Positions 8,295-17,364 of a DNA stretch of 29,909 bases are shown here, one piece after another. A program made the translations under genes and the position numbers. Position 1 is the first letter of the stretch; the number at the start of each line of letters is the position of its first letter. Origin of the DNA: Candidatus Baldrarchaeum yapensis (GTDB lineage Archaea > Asgardarchaeota > Baldrarchaeia > Baldrarchaeales > Baldrarchaeaceae); NCBI GenBank assembly GCA_016840465.1, contig JAEOSH010000021.1:1-29909 (forward strand), read 5' to 3'. Under the pieces are notes generated by a model. That model was not told the DNA's origin, did not search any database, and was given only the letters and a program-made list of their open reading frames with translations.

Positions 8295-9383
8295 GTGAGG
8301 CGAAATATAGAAAGAGGTTGTCATCCGAAACGGTGGTGTAAATTGCCGAATGAAGGAAAAAGAACTTCTAAATTACCAGCAGGAAAGGTATCCGATGAAC
8401 TACTTAGGAGGATAGTGTTTAAGCACTTGGGTGCGCCATCCAGTAGATTACTAGTTCCACCGGGTGTTGGCGTCGATGCTGCGGTCATCGATCGAAACAG
8501 TAACATAATTGTTGTAAGTACCGATCCGATAACAGGCGCCGTGGAAGACATAGGATGGCTCGCAGTACATATAAATGCGAACGATGTTGCCTGCCATGGT
8601 GGAGTTCCACGGTGGTTCTTTGCCACCATTCTCCTACCTGAGTGGGCGGATGAGGAATTACTTGAGAGGATAATGAAGCAGATGGACAGCGCTGCAAAAG
8701 AGTTAGGAGTGACGATTGCAGGGGGGCACACCGAGGTCACGCCAGGGCTTGATAGACCCATAGTTGTGGGGGTAATGATAGGTGAGGTGGAGAGAGGAAC
8801 TGAATATGTTTCTACAACAAATGCAGAGCCTGGAGACATGATAATAATGACTAAAGGAGCGGGAGTGGAGGGCACAGCAATACTTGCGACAGAAAGAGAA
8901 AGAGACTTGAGAAAATATTTAGATAAGAGCCTTATTGAGCGAGCAAAGTCTTTTAAGAACATGATAAGTGTTGTCAGGGAGGCATTAACTGCTATTAGAT
9001 GTGGTGGCGTTAAGGCGATGCATGATCCAACGGAGGGAGGAGTTCTAGGAGGTTTGCATGAGGTCTGCGATGCTTCAGGAACGGGCTTCATTGTCGAATC
9101 GGAGAAAATAAAAATTTATGATGAAACAATGAAAATCTGTCGGATATTTGAAATAGATCCTCTTCGGTTGATCAGCAGTGGGACCCTGCTTATAATTGCT
9201 AAGAAGAAGTCGGCCGGGAAAATAGTTGAGTCTTTAAGGAGTATTGGTGTTGATGCCGAGATAATAGGCTACATTGTGGATGATAAGAGACGGAGGTTCT
9301 TAGTACGTCGTGATGGGAAATGTAAAAAAGCCCCACGGCCTGTTCAAGACCATTTATGGATAGCTCTAGAGAAAAAATTATAA
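8295..9383 (+). CDS. AIR synthase/HypE/ThiL-superfamily protein (start probably near TTG 8343)
   Basis: GKV...L...V, PGVGVDAAV, STDPITG, INANDVA, GGHTEVT, MHDPTEGG, DPL.LISSG. Confidence 0.9.
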   Translation: MRRNIERGCHPKRWCKLPNEGKRTSKLPAGKVSDELLRRIVFKHLGAPSSRLLVPPGVGVDAAVIDRNSNIIVVSTDPITGAVEDIGWLAVHINANDVACHGGVPRWFFATILLPEWADEELLERIMKQMDSAAKELGVTIAGGHTEVTPGLDRPIVVGVMIGEVERGTEYVSTTNAEPGDMIIMTKGAGVEGTAILATERERDLRKYLDKSLIERAKSFKNMISVVREALTAIRCGGVKAMHDPTEGGVLGGLHEVCDASGTGFIVESEKIKIYDETMKICRIFEIDPLRLISSGTLLIIAKKKSAGKIVESLRSIGVDAEIIGYIVDDKRRRFLVRRDGKCKKAPRPVQDHLWIALEKKL

Positions 9384-9390
9384 ATGACAA

Positions 9391-10674
9391 TTATTTTGCC
9401 TTTGTAAGCATTTCAACTATTTCTTTAGCCCTGTCGAAGCGTATTTTCCCTTCTCTTATCATTATTTCAACAACCTTATCCACAAGTTCTCCTCTTGCAC
9501 CTGCCATCATCGCTAGATTTCGGGCATGTAATTTCATGTGCCCTCGTTGTATGCCCTCAGTAACTAGGGCCCTGAGTGCAGCAAGGTTTTGTACAAGTCC
9601 GACTGCGCCCATGACCTCTGCTAGTTCTCTAGCAGACCTCACCCCCAATATCTTTAAAGCAATTCTGGCAATAGGATGCACGCGTGTTGCTCCTCCGACT
9701 ATTCCAACCGCTAGTGGCATCTCCAGAGTTCCAACCAAGTTCCCATCAGCATCTTTCTCCCATCTACTTAGGGAGGTATATTTACCATTGCGCGCCGCGT
9801 ATGCATGTGCACCAGCTTCTATAGCTCTATGATCTTGTCCTGTGGCGAGGGCAACCGCTATTACTCCATTCAATATGCCCTTATTTGAAGTTGCGGCTCT
9901 GTAGGGATCCGCCTCTGCCAGCGCTGATGCCAATACGATTCTATCGACTACTTCCTCTCCGCCGATCTCTTCTTTATCAACCTTACACCACGCTCTTACA
10001 ATTCTCCTATCGGCAAGGTTCGAAACGATTCTCAGCAGGACTTTACCGCCCGTTATTTCCTCTATGTACGGCGCGACAGCCTCCGCCATTGTGTTCACAG
10101 CGTTTGCTCCCATCGCGTCTTTAACGTCCACGAGAAGATGGACTACTATCATTTCTCCCTTTCTTGTCTGCACAACTCTCACTTCCATGTCTTTGGCGCC
10201 ACCACCAAGTTTTACCAGTACGGGATCCTGCTCATTTGCAATCCTAAGGATCTCCTCCTTGTGCATCAGCAGTTCCATCTTTTTCCCATAAGGATCCGGT
10301 ACACCGACGACCTGTATCTGTCCTATCATTATCGAATCAGAGGCATGCGCCCACACGCCGCCCGTTTTTCTAGTCCACCTCGCTGCGTTGCTTGCGGCTG
10401 CAACGACTGAGGGCTCCTCGAGCACCATTGGAACCATGTAGTCTTTTCCGTTTATTAAGAAGTTGACCGCAACGGCAAAGGGATACGCCATAGTTCCAAT
10501 TACGTTTTCTATCATTCTATCCGCGACTTCAAGATCCAGATTACCCTCTTTGATAAGCAAATTTCGTTCGTCTTCCGAAAGCCCCGAAAACTCTGCCACG
10601 ATGTCCAACCGCTTATGGAGAGGTAGCCTATAAAAGCCTTGGATTCTGGAAGTTTTTGCCAATAATATCACCAC
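9391..10674 (-). CDS. mvaA: Hydroxymethylglutaryl-CoA reductase, class II (bacterial/degradative type)
   Basis: SRI.GFY, ENVIG, EEPSVVAAAS, DAMGAN, D.YRAAT.NKGILNG, QNLAALRAL..EGIQRGHMKLHARN. Confidence 0.95.
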   Translation of the reverse strand: MVILLAKTSRIQGFYRLPLHKRLDIVAEFSGLSEDERNLLIKEGNLDLEVADRMIENVIGTMAYPFAVAVNFLINGKDYMVPMVLEEPSVVAAASNAARWTRKTGGVWAHASDSIMIGQIQVVGVPDPYGKKMELLMHKEEILRIANEQDPVLVKLGGGAKDMEVRVVQTRKGEMIVVHLLVDVKDAMGANAVNTMAEAVAPYIEEITGGKVLLRIVSNLADRRIVRAWCKVDKEEIGGEEVVDRIVLASALAEADPYRAATSNKGILNGVIAVALATGQDHRAIEAGAHAYAARNGKYTSLSRWEKDADGNLVGTLEMPLAVGIVGGATRVHPIARIALKILGVRSARELAEVMGAVGLVQNLAALRALVTEGIQRGHMKLHARNLAMMAGARGELVDKVVEIMIREGKIRFDRAKEIVEMLTKAK

Positions 10675-10963
10675 ATTTCGAAAAGTTGGCTGTTGACAAT
10701 GATGACTTTAATGAATATCGGAATTTAAACGTATCTCGCTCCGCGTAATAGCTAATTGTCGAAAGGGGAATGACGCAGGCAGGAAATCGTATGAGAGGAA
10801 TAGAAACCGTCGCTCCCATCCCACAATTTTGAAGTGAACGGATATATGTCGACGTACTAAGTTCCGAATTTTTCGCTCGGAGTATGTATTGTGAAGATCT
10901 TCATCTTTTTCCGATCCTTGTAGAAGTTTTTATACCTAACTTCGTGACAATAAAAGGGTACAC

Positions 10964-13345
10964 GTGGATAAGAAAGCAATTATAATCTCGATTGCAACGG
11001 GGACAATTTTCGCTCTCATCCTAGCAGTTAATACTATTAGTGCAGTAAAATTTGCAAGATGCTCCACAAATCCCATAAATGTTTCCATAAACCCGCAAAT
11101 CGCTGAACTGGGTTGCACAATCAATATAACGGTCGAGTATTATGTACCTCCCGAAGAGGAACCGGCGGACGTGACAATAAAAGTTGTGAATACTAGTAAC
11201 GATATCATTCTTCTTCGCGAATACGACTCTCAAGCAGCAGGATACTACATTAGGCAGATTTTCCTCACATTAGACCCCTCAGAATGGGAGCCTGGCGATC
11301 AACAACAAGAAGGTTATGTCGTAGTAACTTTAACTACACGGGTAGGAATATACACGGAAAATTCTAGTTTTTACGTAACGCGCGCGGATCAGAAAATAAT
11401 TATGGAAAGCATGAGTCCCGAAAACCCAGTTACAGGCTCTGAAATAAGTCTCCAACTATCAATAGTAAATGAGAATAACGAGACATTTGTTGTATCCAAC
11501 AATCCCGTAAACGTATCTGTCTTCAGAAACGATACTCTCGTAGAAACGAGAATTGTTTACACCGATATTTATGGAAACGCGTATTTTTCGATAGGACCTT
11601 TCAATACGAGCGGAAATTACATAATGAATGTGACAAGTTTCGAAAATGGAGATTATAAAGAATCTTGTGCAAGTTACATAATCACGGTTTCAGAGGGAAC
11701 CATATCAAGTAAAACGCCAACGGAGCTAAACATATTCTATGAATATCTTGGTGCTATTGATCCAGATAGTAAGTTGACATTCGCGTATGAACCTATTAAC
11801 GTGAGCATTAGACTTGTAAATGTATCCTCAGGCCAGGGGATATCGAATGCCTGCATATCTTTGCGCATATATGATGCGTCCACGAACGAAAAACTATTCG
11901 AAAAGATCCTGGTAACGGGGACTAATGGAATTGCACACACGATATGGAAAGCGCCATACAGCGGGAACTTCTCCATTTATGTCTATTACCCCGGTGACGA
12001 ACTAACGGAACCTTCGAACGTCACCCTTGAACTTCCCAAGATACTAAAAAGACCGATGTATGCAGCACTTACAAAGGTCCCAACAACAATTTACGTCGGG
12101 GATAGCGCTGAAATGGAGGTGAGCGTCTATGACGAGATCAACAACTCGGTAGTTCCCAACATTACAGTGGAAGTACATTGTGCAGCGACAGGGCAAATGA
12201 TACTTGCGAAGAATTTCACAGATCAGAACGGTATCGCCCATCTGAGCATATTAATACCGGAAGAGTTCTCCATAAACGCTGTTGGGAATCAAACATTTGA
12301 AGTTAAATGCTATGACTCGAATGCGCACCCAGTTTACGCGAGTACATCGATACGTACTACGGTATCCGTTCGCGATCGATCTAAAGTAGAGGTGCTAAGA
12401 TGCAACGCCTCAGAAATCATCCGGGGAGAATCGGTGGAAATTTTCGTTAATGTGACGACAGATCTTGGCGGAAAAGTTTTGGGAGAATTATTCGTGTTTG
12501 TAAATGGTACTTTCTCAAGTAAAATTAATGTCTCAGGAACCCCCATTAGGATATTGATAGGTTCGCCTATAACAAATAACATCGGGAGCCTTCTGCTAAA
12601 TATCACCTTCCGGAACTCAACATACTATGACGAATCCTACGATCTATTCACGCTATCAGTGGTGTCAAAAATCGGTATATACCATGATGTTAAACCGGAG
12701 TATCCCTTAAGGGGAACCGATATAACGATACATATAACAGCATTTGATGAATTAACAGGGGAGCCCCTGAATGACGCGACCCTTCGTGTGCTTCTAGATG
12801 ATATACTGATATTCAATGCCACGGTCACAAACGACACGTACATCACATGGCACGTACCAGAGAATATCAAAGTGGGAATACACAAGCTGACGATAATAGC
12901 AAGTAGAGAGTACTACATAGTATTCAACCAAACGTATGATCTTAGAATATGGATGAGATCGAGATTGTCACTTGAGGTTTCTATCGTGGGCGGCTATAGC
13001 ATATTAAGTGGCAGAAGCACAACTAAGTCATTGCAGAAGTCAATGTATCGGATTGCACAAAGATTGCCTGCTGAGAACGTAAATGAAACGAAATATGTCG
13101 ATATCGTAAAAAGAGAATTCTCGAATGATCCCGATCGCATAGCAAATGAAGTTAAAACAACTAACGGAAAAGACTCACCAATGATTGTCATCAGCGTGAA
13201 AGAGGTGAGATCCATCGCAGGAAGGTGCTGTATTCAGATCTCTGAAGCCCTCTCTACAGACCGCAAACGTGAGGCCAAATTCTTCACATACATCTTTCAC
13301 CATCTTAAGGATGTTGTATCTCATTTCTCTCGGAAGATAATATGA
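10964..13345 (+). CDS. Large secreted or surface glycoprotein with tandem Ig-like beta-sandwich repeats
   Basis: N-terminal signal/TM segment, about 27 N-x-S/T sequons by my count, and repeated T(D/G).NG.A-type motifs typical of Ig-like archaeal surface proteins. Confidence 0.75.
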   Translation: MDKKAIIISIATGTIFALILAVNTISAVKFARCSTNPINVSINPQIAELGCTINITVEYYVPPEEEPADVTIKVVNTSNDIILLREYDSQAAGYYIRQIFLTLDPSEWEPGDQQQEGYVVVTLTTRVGIYTENSSFYVTRADQKIIMESMSPENPVTGSEISLQLSIVNENNETFVVSNNPVNVSVFRNDTLVETRIVYTDIYGNAYFSIGPFNTSGNYIMNVTSFENGDYKESCASYIITVSEGTISSKTPTELNIFYEYLGAIDPDSKLTFAYEPINVSIRLVNVSSGQGISNACISLRIYDASTNEKLFEKILVTGTNGIAHTIWKAPYSGNFSIYVYYPGDELTEPSNVTLELPKILKRPMYAALTKVPTTIYVGDSAEMEVSVYDEINNSVVPNITVEVHCAATGQMILAKNFTDQNGIAHLSILIPEEFSINAVGNQTFEVKCYDSNAHPVYASTSIRTTVSVRDRSKVEVLRCNASEIIRGESVEIFVNVTTDLGGKVLGELFVFVNGTFSSKINVSGTPIRILIGSPITNNIGSLLLNITFRNSTYYDESYDLFTLSVVSKIGIYHDVKPEYPLRGTDITIHITAFDELTGEPLNDATLRVLLDDILIFNATVTNDTYITWHVPENIKVGIHKLTIIASREYYIVFNQTYDLRIWMRSRLSLEVSIVGGYSILSGRSTTKSLQKSMYRIAQRLPAENVNETKYVDIVKREFSNDPDRIANEVKTTNGKDSPMIVISVKEVRSIAGRCCIQISEALSTDRKREAKFFTYIFHHLKDVVSHFSRKII

Positions 13346-14056
13346 TCCCCCGATCTTCTGCCCATCACGGAAATATAAGTCCCTAAACCTATTTGCCACG
13401 ATATCGAGTTTTATGCGAAATCTGTTGAAAATATCCGGCTTTAGTTTTAATGTCGAACTAACTACGTGCTTTACACCAGCGCCCGCTGCCCCTTCTATCA
13501 CCTCGCGGAGAATCCTCTCGTCGTCATTCACGTAAGGAATTATGGGATCAAGCCTGAGTACCGTCGGAATACCGTGATCGTGCAAAAACTTCATTGCTTT
13601 TAATCTGCTTTCAGGTGAGGGTGCATATGGTTCTAAAACCCTCACAAAACCCTCCATCCCGGTTATGGTAATGCTAACGACAGACTTCATTCTCGAAAGT
13701 ATGTCGACATCTCTCGTAACGAGATCGCTTTTCGTTAATATCAAAACCTTCATGCCATATGCCTTAAGAACTTGTAATGCTCTTCTCGTCAGATTATGGC
13801 TCTTCTCAATCGGAGGGTAAGGATCAGAGCTGTTCGACATGGAAACATGAAAGTCTCTGCGGGCTTTTACGATATCCGCTTTCAACTGCGCTATGAAACC
13901 GCGCTTCGGGCGACATTTATACGCATTTGGAATGTAGGAAGTGGTATAGCAGTATACGCACTTGTGGGCACAACCAGTGTAAGGGTTCAATGAGTACTTC
14001 GGTGGACATGTGCATAACGGGTTTTTCCAAGGATCGAATTTTCGTAAAACTCTCAT
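13175..14056 (-). CDS. Radical SAM protein, spore photoproduct lyase-like family
   Basis: LNPYTGCAHKCVYCY (CxxxCxxC), SSDPYPP.E, LTKS, EP.APSP..RL, RLDPIIP, C-terminal CREG...CDGSHL. Confidence 0.92.
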   Translation of the reverse strand: MRVLRKFDPWKNPLCTCPPKYSLNPYTGCAHKCVYCYTTSYIPNAYKCRPKRGFIAQLKADIVKARRDFHVSMSNSSDPYPPIEKSHNLTRRALQVLKAYGMKVLILTKSDLVTRDVDILSRMKSVVSITITGMEGFVRVLEPYAPSPESRLKAMKFLHDHGIPTVLRLDPIIPYVNDDERILREVIEGAAGAGVKHVVSSTLKLKPDIFNRFRIKLDIVANRFRDLYFRDGQKIGGSYYLPREMRYNILKMVKDVCEEFGLTFAVCREGFRDLNTAPSCDGSHLFHADDNHW

Positions 14057-14068
14057 ACGAAATATTGA

Positions 14069-15187
14069 TTGTGCGATGGAATACTTAAAAGGTCACCGTT
14101 TCTACACCTTATAGCACCGGCGGGGGTGATAGGCATTAGCAGCATCCCCGTATTCGGACATCTCAATCGCGAGGTCATAAAAAAGAACATATGCACTCTC
14201 TGTGGTGCCTGTGTCGCCTCATGCCCCGTGGACTCCGTAGAGATAACAGATGAAACACCGAAACTCACGGGAATATGTGTTAGATGCGGAATGTGTTACT
14301 CAGCTTGCCCCAGAACTGAGGATTACGTGGGCAACGTAGAAAAGACCCTTTTCGGAAGGGAAAGAGAAGAGGGGGAAGCAATAGGAATCTTCAAGGAAAT
14401 TTATACTGCGAGAACGTTGCTTGACGACGTGAGAAAGAAGTGTCAGGACGGCGGAATTGTCACAACCCTTCTCGTTTATGCTCTCGAAAACGGACTCATA
14501 GATGCCGCTGTGGTCTCCGGAAGAGATCCCAAAGAACCCTGGAAGCCCGTTCCAATGGTCGCCTTAACAAGGGAGGAAATCATAAACGCGGCAGGAACCA
14601 GATACTCAGTATCACCAAACGTCAGCGCACTGGGTATGGCCGTAAAGGAATACTTTAAGTCGAAAGTGGGCTTTGTCGGAACTCCATGTCAAGTACTGGC
14701 CGTCAGAAAGTTGCAATATCATCCAGCCGCGGCAACGAAGATCGGAGAACGTGTTGCATACGTCATAGGGCTCTTCTGCATGGAGAACTTCTCATATGCT
14801 CCGTTCATAAAGAAGTTCATTGGGGAGGAAAAAGGGATCCCATTAAGCGAGGTGACAAAGTTTTCCATAGAGAAGGGCAAATTCTACGTCTATAAAGGGG
14901 ATACAATTGCGCTCGAAATGAAAGTTTCCGAACTCAAAAACTACGCGCGACCCGCCTGCCACGTATGCCCGGATCTGACCGCAGAACTTGCGGACATCTC
15001 TGTAGGATCGATAGGATCTGATAGAGGATGGTCAACTGTCGTCATAAGAACTGATAAGGGTAAGGAATTATTCGAGGCTGCCGTGGAGGCAAAGTTCATA
15101 GAGGCGAAGAAGTTATCTCTAGAAGATAAGGGCGTATCATTGCTTATGAAGATAGCGAGCGAAAAGAGAAAACGGGCCAAAAAGTAG
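14069..15187 (+). CDS. Coenzyme F420 hydrogenase/dehydrogenase beta-subunit family protein (FrhB/FdhB/FpoF-like) with N-terminal 2x[4Fe-4S] domain; start probably GTG 14126
   Basis: CTLCGACVASCP, CVRCGMCYSACP, QDGG.VT, GT.Y, GTPCQ, IGLFCMENF, C..C.D.TAELADISVGS.GS..GWSTV. Confidence 0.9.
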   Translation: MCDGILKRSPFLHLIAPAGVIGISSIPVFGHLNREVIKKNICTLCGACVASCPVDSVEITDETPKLTGICVRCGMCYSACPRTEDYVGNVEKTLFGREREEGEAIGIFKEIYTARTLLDDVRKKCQDGGIVTTLLVYALENGLIDAAVVSGRDPKEPWKPVPMVALTREEIINAAGTRYSVSPNVSALGMAVKEYFKSKVGFVGTPCQVLAVRKLQYHPAAATKIGERVAYVIGLFCMENFSYAPFIKKFIGEEKGIPLSEVTKFSIEKGKFYVYKGDTIALEMKVSELKNYARPACHVCPDLTAELADISVGSIGSDRGWSTVVIRTDKGKELFEAAVEAKFIEAKKLSLEDKGVSLLMKIASEKRKRAKK

Positions 15188-15196
15188 GTGCATTCC

Positions 15197-15841
15197 ATGA
15201 AACCTTGGTTGCTCAACATCCTTGCATGCCCGATTTGTAAGCACCATCCCCTTATGGCGTTTTTCTTCTCTTGGGAGAAAAGTGATGACGAAATATCCCA
15301 GATATATAGAGCAATGCGAGAACCCCCTAAGGACGTAAACATAAAGGACCTTGTAGGAATAGTCATCGACATCCTCGTCGATAGGATTAGACTCTCAGCA
15401 ATGGAAAACATAAGAGACCTCACCGAGAACACCCTTTCCCAAGATATGTACACCGACTTCCTAGGAACAATGAGAAAGTTAATGAAAGAGAAGGAAATAG
15501 AGGATGCAAAGAACATCTGTATGGAATTGGAAAAAACGGGAAAATCATTGAAAGAGATAAGGAAAAAGCAAGAAGAGATCGCAGAAAACTTAACGAAAAA
15601 GTTTCTAACGGAGATAAATAAACTCTACAACTACATGATCCTTATGGAAGTCGCAGAGGGGCTTCTATATTGCGAAAAGTGTCAAAGGTGGTATCCGGTT
15701 GGGAATCGCGTCAAGGGAGTCCCCGAACTTCTGCCAGACGAACTAAGAGATAAAGATGTTGATCTCTGTTTCCTCGAAAAGTGGAAAGAAAAAATACCAA
15801 AGAAGATACTGATCGAAGGCAAGCCGTTCTCCCTTCAATGA
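15197..15841 (+). CDS. trm112: Trm112-family methyltransferase activator with a large helical insertion
   Basis: MKPWLLNILACPICK N-terminus and EVAEGLLYCEKCQRWYPV....GVPELLPDE C-terminus. Confidence 0.8.
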   Translation: MKPWLLNILACPICKHHPLMAFFFSWEKSDDEISQIYRAMREPPKDVNIKDLVGIVIDILVDRIRLSAMENIRDLTENTLSQDMYTDFLGTMRKLMKEKEIEDAKNICMELEKTGKSLKEIRKKQEEIAENLTKKFLTEINKLYNYMILMEVAEGLLYCEKCQRWYPVGNRVKGVPELLPDELRDKDVDLCFLEKWKEKIPKKILIEGKPFSLQ

Positions 15842-15951
15842 TCTCTCCAATGGACTTTTTAAACCATCAACAGCAACGTCGGGCATTGAAATACCCATAC
15901 ATCAAGTTTTTTAACAAGACATGCACGAAATCTTATTGTGGAAGTACGGAG

Positions 15952-16407
15952 ATGGTACTTTTGAGTAGTAATAATCCTGCCACTGACAAAATGTATCATG
16001 TCAGATGCAAAGTATGCGGATGGGAAGGATACACATGGTTACGTGGTTACATCAATGGCGGGTTGCTCTACATAGAGTGTCAAAAGTGCGGCTCAAGAAG
16101 TCTCTTCGTCTCCCCGCCCGTGCCCTCTCACGAAATAGTAATAGGGACATCCGTATTCGACGAACTGATGAAAACGTTTACAGCAGTCTTCACAACCATT
16201 ATGGGAGGATTAACTACTATCACAAGACACATCCGTTTAGGAACGCTCACCACATCCCGCCTCATAAGAACATTAGCAATCGGTGCAACCAGTTTTGCGA
16301 TATTTTTCGTGTTAAGCATGCTTTTCCTGCAAAATGATGTTTTCATGCAGATAATAATCGGAACTCTGGGAGGTGTGGCTGCATCCATCTTCTCTCAAAA
16401 TAGATGA
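15952..16407 (+). CDS. Zinc-ribbon membrane protein, unknown function (start 15952 or 15991)
   Basis: CKVC...CQKC pair followed by 2-3 hydrophobic helices; same strand as its neighbours. Confidence 0.55.
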   Translation: MVLLSSNNPATDKMYHVRCKVCGWEGYTWLRGYINGGLLYIECQKCGSRSLFVSPPVPSHEIVIGTSVFDELMKTFTAVFTTIMGGLTTITRHIRLGTLTTSRLIRTLAIGATSFAIFFVLSMLFLQNDVFMQIIIGTLGGVAASIFSQNR

Positions 16408-16432
16408 CACGTCACTAATGGATGGATGCAAA

Positions 16433-16819
16433 ATGGCGGATGAATTCTCAAAATATCGGGTAAAATTTGAATTCGAAAGTGGATACTCCGTCGAGGGCAT
16501 CCTCGATAGACTGAAATCTCCAATTACCGTCAACAATCTCGTAAATAAGTTGCCAATAATCGAGAGAATCGCGCCATGGCCCCCCTCAGACCCTGTTGGA
16601 ATATGCTTTAAAGCAAACCTCGGCCTAGGACGTGAAAAGGTGGTACGCAACGTTCAGTCTGGGGACATAGGATATTGGCCCTTAGGAGATTCTATATGCC
16701 TATTTTTCAAGGACTCCCAGTTAAGATATGACATAAACCCGCTCGGAAGGATAACAAAGGGCATAGAATATTTAACCCAACTTAAGAGAGGAGAAAAGGT
16801 AGTATTCTCACTTATATGA
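16433..16819 (+). CDS. Cyclophilin-like fold protein (TM1367/AF2241-type)
   Basis: P.TV..L...LP and GDIGYWPLGDSICLFF...INPLGRI motifs. Confidence 0.8.
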   Translation: MADEFSKYRVKFEFESGYSVEGILDRLKSPITVNNLVNKLPIIERIAPWPPSDPVGICFKANLGLGREKVVRNVQSGDIGYWPLGDSICLFFKDSQLRYDINPLGRITKGIEYLTQLKRGEKVVFSLI

Positions 16820-16833
16820 TACCTACTCGGGAA

Positions 16834-17364
16834 TTATCGTTTCTTGTTTACATTAACCGGAATCTCAATAGCGGGGAGCACAATCAGAGCATCCCCTGAT
16901 GCTTCTATTATTAATCCGTCGCCACTCGAATTTATCCGTGTTATTCTCCCATTTATAGGCACGACCTTAATCTTATTGGAGTACTTCAATCCCCTAATGG
17001 CGCTTTCTGCGCTTGAAAGTACTCGCTCTCTAAGAACATCCTCTAACATCCTCTGGACCTTAACGTACTCCCTCTCCAGAACCTCCCTGCGCCTGCGCTC
17101 CTCCTCTAGCTCTTTCCGCATTTCTAAAACTTCCTTTGAACTCTTAATATCGGTCGACCAGAAAACCCGCCATCCCTTCTTCTCTCTTCTCACCCTTATT
17201 AGGCCCGCCACCCTTAAAACAGTCACAACATCGTATATTCTCCTTCTCGGGATGTTTAACCTCTCAACTAATTCGTTTATTAGGAAGCCTTTACCAGAAT
17301 TGCTCGAAAGGAAGTTTATAACCTTTTCTGCAACCTGATCTAGCCGCAAGAGTTTCTCCTCCAC
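16834..17364 (-). CDS. E2F/DP-like winged-helix transcription factor
   Basis: RRRIYDVVTVL...GLI recognition helix, followed by a coiled coil and a beta-rich C-terminus. Start is GTG 17364, or TTG 17349 behind GGAGGAG. Confidence 0.72.
   Translation of the reverse strand: MEEKLLRLDQVAEKVINFLSSNSGKGFLINELVERLNIPRRRIYDVVTVLRVAGLIRVRREKKGWRVFWSTDIKSSKEVLEMRKELEEERRRREVLEREYVKVQRMLEDVLRERVLSSAESAIRGLKYSNKIKVVPINGRITRINSSGDGLIIEASGDALIVLPAIEIPVNVNKKR

Noticed and set aside
8321-9091. 256-aa antisense ORF (similarly 14941-15516, 16844-17338, 18806-19402, 22952-23479, 28753-29340)
   Set aside because: Each lies opposite a well-supported gene and has S/P/T-rich shadow composition with no family motifs.
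10695-10770. ATGATGA resembling a C box of a C/D sRNA
   Set aside because: No CTGA D or D' box at a suitable distance.
12994-13215. Hydrophobic 73-aa minus-strand ORF inside the surface protein gene
   Set aside because: It overlaps both neighbours, has no clear RBS, and is explained as the antisense shadow of a hydrophilic coding region.
15185-15199. The frhB-like TAG is immediately followed in frame by the Trm112 ORF (possible amber or pyrrolysine read-through fusion)
   Set aside because: The intervening AGGTG is the normal RBS for ATG 15197, as in other coupled genes here, and there is no evidence of Pyl machinery.
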